Of a DNA stretch of 11,313 bases, positions 6,692-11,313 are shown in pieces. The translations under genes were made by a program, and so were the position numbers. The DNA comes from an uncultured Deferribacteres bacterium. Its GTDB lineage: Bacteria; Zhuqueibacterota; Zhuqueibacteria; Zhuqueibacterales; Geothermadaptataceae. The DNA is taken from NCBI GenBank assembly GCA_964014485.1, contig CAXHAT010000230.1:1-11313 (forward strand). Direction: 5' to 3'. The notes below the pieces were generated by a model that did no database searches, was not told the DNA's origin, and saw only the letters and a program-made list of their open reading frames with translations. The first letter of the stretch is position 1. Every line of letters begins with the position of its first letter.

Positions 6692-7867
6692 CTACGCGGG
6701 AGACAAAGGCGCGCCGATCAATTGAAAATCCAACTCCGCCTTCTGTTGGGCTAAAACCTTTGGCGCAGGTGCGGCGACAACGCAATTTCTGCCGTTGGCC
6801 TTCGCCTTGTACAGCGCTGCGTCCGCTTTCTTGAGCAAGTCTGCGCCGCTGCTGGAAATTTCCGGGAAAGAAGCGAGTCCGAGCGAAACGGTGATTTTAC
6901 CGAGCGGCTGTGAATAGGCCAGATCGAATTCAATTTGCTCGACGGCGCGGCGAAGCTTTTCCGCGACGCCAAGCGCTTTCTTTTTGTTGATTTCCGGCAA
7001 AATAATAACGAATTCCTCCCCGCCAAATCGTGCGATAATGTCCGCCTTGCGCAGACTTTCTTCCAGCGTTTTCGCGACTGTTTTCAACACTTCATCGCCC
7101 GCAAAATGACCGTGCGTATCATTGAAAGATTTGAAATGATCGATGTCAACCATCAGCACCGACAGTGGTCGTTTGTACCGTTGCGCCCTTACCATCTCAC
7201 GCTCAAATCGTTGATTGAAATAACGCCGATTGTAGATTTGCGTCAGCTCATCGGTAAAAGTCAACTCGCAGACTTGCTGATAGATGATAATCTGGTCCAG
7301 AACTCTGGAGAATTGCACCGCCAATCGTGAAAATGTTTGCGATTCGGATTTTGAAAAAGCGTTTTTCGCGCTTCGGTACAGGTTGAGCGCGCCCAAAGGC
7401 TCTTCGGTTGTCGGGCTGAGGAGGGGGATGCACAAGAAGCTGCCGTTTTTTTCACGAACAAGCTGGGATGAGCGAAATTGGCCGTTTGTTGCGCCAAGGT
7501 CTTCGAGCAAAACCGGTTTTCCGTCTCGAAAAGCTTCTTCAAACACGCCTTCATCAAGAGCAACAGCCTTGCGCAACTGTTTGTTGACGTTAAACCCGGA
7601 TACGTTTTTCAAGGTGAGCTCTTGCGACTGCTGGTCAACAAGAAAAAGAGCGTATTTTTCGATTTGAAAAGTTTCATCAAGAAGTCGGGCGACCACGTCA
7701 AAGGCTGCGTCGATTTCGATCTTTTCGCTTAGGATGGCTGCGATTTGGTATAAACTGTAAAGCTCTAAAAAATTTACGTTTAATTCGCTTCCTAACTCAG
7801 CGATCTGATCGAATTGCGATTCCGAATCGGGGTGATTCTCAAGTGCTGTAAGTCGAAATCTTTCCAT
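6692..7867 (-). CDS. GAF-domain sensor diguanylate cyclase (GGDEF)
   Basis: GAF domain (GSFLCIPLL...LGALNL...AFSKSE), then TDELTQIYNRRYF, DIDHFKSFNDTHGHFAGDEVL and RKADIIARFGGEEF, giving an intact A-site and RxxD I-site. ATG at 7867 preferred over 8014. Confidence 0.95.
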   Translation of the reverse strand: MERFRLTALENHPDSESQFDQIAELGSELNVNFLELYSLYQIAAILSEKIEIDAAFDVVARLLDETFQIEKYALFLVDQQSQELTLKNVSGFNVNKQLRKAVALDEGVFEEAFRDGKPVLLEDLGATNGQFRSSQLVREKNGSFLCIPLLSPTTEEPLGALNLYRSAKNAFSKSESQTFSRLAVQFSRVLDQIIIYQQVCELTFTDELTQIYNRRYFNQRFEREMVRAQRYKRPLSVLMVDIDHFKSFNDTHGHFAGDEVLKTVAKTLEESLRKADIIARFGGEEFVIILPEINKKKALGVAEKLRRAVEQIEFDLAYSQPLGKITVSLGLASFPEISSSGADLLKKADAALYKAKANGRNCVVAAPAPKVLAQQKAELDFQLIGAPLSPA

Positions 7868-7990
7868 TTTACTGCCGCTCAATTTGTCTGGCTTTAAGTG
7901 TTTCCTGATAAAACAGTTGTTACAAAATGAACAATTTGTCCATAACCTTGCGCTAATATCAGTGGCTTTTCCCCATCTATTCCTGTTTTC

Positions 7991-8006
7991 ACAAACTGCG
8001 TGCCAG
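7991..8006 (-). promoter_or_regulatory. Candidate sigma54 (-24/-12) promoter for the diguanylate cyclase
   Basis: Minus strand reads CTGGCACG-CAGT-TTGT against the consensus YTGGCACG-N4-TTGC: exact spacing, one mismatch at -12, oriented toward the cyclase gene. Confidence 0.5.
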
Positions 8007-8235
8007 AAGCGCATTTGTGATTTTCTTTGATCTCCCCATGAATTTTGGATGCAAGTTTTCGCTAGGCTATAGCAGGCGCTTCAGCGTTACTTGCTCCGGG
8101 AATGCCGAAACTGCAAGTTGCCGATTGTTACTGCGCCGCCGGATTCAGATATGTTGATTTTCTGATAAAGTGTATTAATTTGCAGATATTGTTGTTCTGA
8201 ATGACACAAAATCTGAAGCAGCGTTCTTATAAAAA

Positions 8236-9102
8236 ATGGATTTTGATTACAGTTGGGAAGCTCTTTTTCATCCCGAAAACCTGCCTGTCTTTAGCGAACC
8301 CAAGTGGGTTTTCGAATATGAAAAGTCAGGATTTTCTCTCGCGAACGCCTGGTGGCTGGCGAACGCGGCGCAACTGGCTTATTTTGACAAAGCGCAGATT
8401 AAGTCGGAGCTTGAGAAAATCAACATGGAGCTGGTAGCGTTCTTTGAGAAGAACGGCTCGCAAGGCTTTCTTGCCACTGAAAACCGTTTCGCCGTATTGG
8501 CGTTTCGCGGCACGGAGATCGATGAATTTGAGGACACCTGGACGGATATTCAATTTCCCCGGGTTCCATTCGAGCCGAAAGGCAATGTTCACAGCGGTTT
8601 CAAAAAGGCGTTCGAGCAGATTTGGGATCAAGTAGAGAAAAAGCTTGTAACGCTGGATGCTCTCGGCATTCCTTGTTGGTACACCGGCCACAGTTTGGGC
8701 GCGGCTCTGGCAACGCTTGCCGCGGCGCGCAAGAAACCGGCGGGGCTTTACACGTTTGGCTCGCCCATGGTCGGCGACCCTTATTTTGTGCAGCACTTGC
8801 GCAAAATCGCAGCGATTCGATTCACGCTTTGCACGGATATTGTGCCGATGCTGCCCTCCGAAATGGTTGGCTATCGTCATTGCGGCGTGCATTATTTCAT
8901 GACTTCCCAAGCGCTGATGTTGAAAAGCCCGCAGCGAAAAGAAGTGTTCTTTTCAAAGCTTGCCGGGCGTTTGCGTTATGCCGCAATGCTGCCCTGGTTT
9001 AAAAAAGGGATGGTAAAAGCGCGTTCCCTCGCTGATCATGCGATTCCCAATTATATCGCAGCTATTCGAAAAAATTTGGAACGCCGAGGTAGCCTGGAAT
9101 AA
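8236..9102 (+). CDS. Lipase class 3 (alpha/beta hydrolase)
   Basis: LAFRGTE, VHSGF, YTGHSLGAALA (GxSxG nucleophile elbow), YTFGSPMVGD, DIVP (Asp) and LADH (His). No obvious signal peptide. Confidence 0.92.
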   Translation: MDFDYSWEALFHPENLPVFSEPKWVFEYEKSGFSLANAWWLANAAQLAYFDKAQIKSELEKINMELVAFFEKNGSQGFLATENRFAVLAFRGTEIDEFEDTWTDIQFPRVPFEPKGNVHSGFKKAFEQIWDQVEKKLVTLDALGIPCWYTGHSLGAALATLAAARKKPAGLYTFGSPMVGDPYFVQHLRKIAAIRFTLCTDIVPMLPSEMVGYRHCGVHYFMTSQALMLKSPQRKEVFFSKLAGRLRYAAMLPWFKKGMVKARSLADHAIPNYIAAIRKNLERRGSLE

Positions 9103-9127
9103 ATATTTGAGGTCAAAGACGCTGAGC

Positions 9128-9715
9128 ATGGAGTATAAATTCATCACAAATTGGCGCGTTGAAAGCACTGTTGAAGAAGTGACTGAAATTCTTGAACAAC
9201 CGACCGAGTTGCCGCGCTGGTGGCCGTCCGTCTATCTGGACGTTCGTGAACTTGAGCCGGGAGACGACGACGGCGTTGGTAAAATTATCAGCTTATACAC
9301 CAAAGGCTGGCTGCCCTACACGCTTTTGTGGCAGCTCAAAAGGACGGAATCGCGTTCGCCCCATGGCTTTTCCATTGAAGCGTGGGGCGATCTTGAGGGA
9401 AGCGGAAAGTGGGCGTTCGAACAGGATGGAAGCTGGGTGCAAATTACATATGATTGGCGCGTCAACGCCAACAAGCCGATTCTGCGCTATTTGAGCTTTA
9501 TTTTGAAACCGCTATTTTCCGCGAATCATGACTGGGCGATGAAAAGGGGGGAAGAGAGTCTAAAACTCGAGATTTTGCGCCGCCATGCAAAAAATGAAGA
9601 AGAGCGCGCCGCAATTCCGTCTCCGCCAAAGCCAACATTCGCAAACTTGATCAAAAAGCGACGCGCGTTGGAAACTATTCAAATTCCTGCGTCAGAATCG
9701 CCAGAAAAGTCCTGA
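9128..9715 (+). CDS. SRPBCC / polyketide cyclase-dehydrase family protein
   Basis: YKFITNWRVES...LPRWWP...GDLEGSGKW...ITYDWRV...PLFSANHDWAMKRGEESL. ATG 9128 has a GAGG motif upstream and avoids overlap with the lipase. Confidence 0.82.
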   Translation: MEYKFITNWRVESTVEEVTEILEQPTELPRWWPSVYLDVRELEPGDDDGVGKIISLYTKGWLPYTLLWQLKRTESRSPHGFSIEAWGDLEGSGKWAFEQDGSWVQITYDWRVNANKPILRYLSFILKPLFSANHDWAMKRGEESLKLEILRRHAKNEEERAAIPSPPKPTFANLIKKRRALETIQIPASESPEKS

Positions 9716-11216
9716 TCCCTTCAAAATAATTTCCGACACGGATGTTTTCATTCGGACTGTGTTGATTGTTGTCAGAATTGACGGTCGGTACGGTGACTGC
9801 CGGTACGCCCAGCGTGTTGATAAACGGCGAAATCGGGATCGATCCGCCGGACATGCGTTTGCGAATCGGTTCCTGCCCAAACGCTCTCTTAAGCGCAGCG
9901 GTCAGCCAAAGACTCACTTCTTCATTGTAAGAAGTGCGAAAAGCGCCGTAAGAATGTCTGGCTGAAAACGAAACGATTTTGCCGTGTTCCATGCGCTCCT
10001 CGTCGGTCGGCGGACCTGCTGTAATGTAGTATCCCTGATTTTCAATGTGCGTCCGAATCAGCGAAACGATTCTTTCCGGATCAGTTTCGGGGACGAGGCG
10101 GACGTCGATTTCCGCCGTTGCCGTCGCAGGGACAATGGTTCGCACTTTATTGCCAACCCAGGCCGAGGCCATGCCCCGAATGTTGAGCGAAGGATATTGC
10201 ACGGATTCTTGCAAAGTTTTCCCAACCTTGTCCGTCGATGAAATGCCGATGCTGCGCTGAATTTCGGCTTCATCGTCTGGAATTTCGGCCAGAATTTTTC
10301 GCGTTTCATCGTCTAATTTCACATCGTCATAATAGCCGGGAATCGTGACGCGCCCGTCGTCGTCCTTCATTGAAGCCAGCAGCTTCGAAAGCCGGAACGC
10401 CGGGTTGGGAACGTAATTGCCGAAATGCCCGCTGTGCTGAGGAAATTTCGGGCCGTAAACAGTCAACGTTACGGTGGAAATGCCGCGTGCGCCAAAGGTC
10501 AACGTCGGGCGGTTGGTGTAGTGGCGCGGGCCGTCAAAGATGATCAGCATGTCGGCGGCGAGAGCTTGGCGGTGTCTTTCTACGGCTTGCGGCAGGTTGG
10601 GCGATCCTTGCTCCTCTTCAAAATCCATGATGACTTTGATGTTGTAAGTCTGAAGAAATTTCTCGCCGTCAAATGCCTTGAGTGCGGCCAGAAACGCTGC
10701 CGCCGGGCCTTTGGCGTCTGAGGCGGAGCGCGCAAAAATACGCCAATCGGGGTCAATTTCACCGCCTGACTTTTCCCAGGGAATTGTTTGCCATACGCCG
10801 TCCTCGGAATTGGCTTTGAGCGTTGGCGTGTAGGGGCTTTCCTGAAACCATTTGGTTGAATCCACTGGCTGCCCGTCAATTTGCAGGTAGATGAGAACAG
10901 TTCGTTTCGCGTTCGCCGCCGAGCGTTCGGCCAGAAGGAGCGGAAATCCGTTGGAAGACAGAACAGTCGTCTTAAATTTGCGTTCGGCAAAAGCGGAGTC
11001 CATCCACGCGAGATTGCGTTGCAGATCGTCAGGATGGTGGGCGTCGTTTGGAATGCTCAACATTTCTTTGAACATTTCGAGCGAAGGCTTGCCATATTTG
11101 TGCGCAAGTTCTGCAATAGTCTTTTGATCAACGGATTGCCCGCCGCCGACTTTCGCGCATGAATGAAGCGCAAAGCCAATAAAACCTGACAATAGTAAAA
11201 AAATGTACTTCTTCAT
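9675..11216 (-). CDS. M20/M25/M40 family metallohydrolase, probable lipoprotein
   Basis: Signal MKKYIFLLLSGFIGFALHS-C; motifs DGQPVD, FARSASDAKG, DFEEEQGS, IFDGP, HSGHFGN, DVRLVP, GGSIP and NQHSPNEN. Confidence 0.92.
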   Translation of the reverse strand: MKKYIFLLLSGFIGFALHSCAKVGGGQSVDQKTIAELAHKYGKPSLEMFKEMLSIPNDAHHPDDLQRNLAWMDSAFAERKFKTTVLSSNGFPLLLAERSAANAKRTVLIYLQIDGQPVDSTKWFQESPYTPTLKANSEDGVWQTIPWEKSGGEIDPDWRIFARSASDAKGPAAAFLAALKAFDGEKFLQTYNIKVIMDFEEEQGSPNLPQAVERHRQALAADMLIIFDGPRHYTNRPTLTFGARGISTVTLTVYGPKFPQHSGHFGNYVPNPAFRLSKLLASMKDDDGRVTIPGYYDDVKLDDETRKILAEIPDDEAEIQRSIGISSTDKVGKTLQESVQYPSLNIRGMASAWVGNKVRTIVPATATAEIDVRLVPETDPERIVSLIRTHIENQGYYITAGPPTDEERMEHGKIVSFSARHSYGAFRTSYNEEVSLWLTAALKRAFGQEPIRKRMSGGSIPISPFINTLGVPAVTVPTVNSDNNQHSPNENIRVGNYFEGIRTFLAILTQEFE

Positions 11217-11313
11217 TGTCGCCGCCTTTTGATCAGTCTCTCAATAACGTTCCAAAAATGGCTCTTCCGGTAAATGCGTACTTATTACTCTCAGGCTCGT
11301 ACACAATCTGCTC

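Noticed and set aside
6540..6834. Short + strand ORFs (6540-6725, 6556-6834, 6572-6754)
   Set aside because: They run through the repeat element and antisense into the GGDEF gene, and have no recognisable motifs.
7868..8014. Cys-rich 49-aa N-terminal extension of the cyclase (CSFCNNC)
   Set aside because: AT-rich, intergenic-looking sequence that overlaps the candidate sigma54 promoter. ATG 7867 is the more plausible start.
7868..8235. c-di-GMP riboswitch or IHF site near the cyclase
   Set aside because: No GEMM-like two-hairpin motif recognised. The best IHF-like match (AATCAACATATCT on the minus strand) lacks the TTR element.
8326..8910. 194-aa minus-strand ORF and other antisense or alternate-frame ORFs across the window
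   Set aside because: They are shadows of well-supported genes and carry no domain motifs.
8236..9715. Lipase toxin/immunity pair or anti-phage system
   Set aside because: No secretion-system genes, delivery domains or defence-island context. The SRPBCC protein does not look like a lipoprotein immunity factor.

Overview
Gene-dense bacterial chromosomal window; gene style suggests an FCB-superphylum organism such as KSB1, Calditrichota or Ignavibacteria (inference only). On the + strand: the end of an exbB-exbD-exbD-tonB operon with an intrinsic terminator; an uncharacterised lipoprotein; a SigH/SigR-like ECF sigma factor with a membrane-anchored zinc-binding anti-sigma that has a second Cys/His domain; and a DagK/YegS lipid kinase - DUF2064 (CofC-like) - GT2 cluster. 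Then come a GAF-GGDEF diguanylate cyclase (-), a class 3 lipase and an SRPBCC protein (+), and a lipoprotein M20 metallohydrolase (-). The most unusual feature is non-coding. The gap between the convergent GT2 and GGDEF genes (6346-6648) holds four REP-like 19-mers in a nested arrangement: a ~205-bp element with terminal inverted repeats and an 8-9 bp target-site duplication sits, inverted, inside an older copy of its own core. Candidate promoters are a GGAAT-N18-GTT site before the ECF gene and a sigma54-type site before the cyclase. All calls come from reading motifs by eye; no searches were run.
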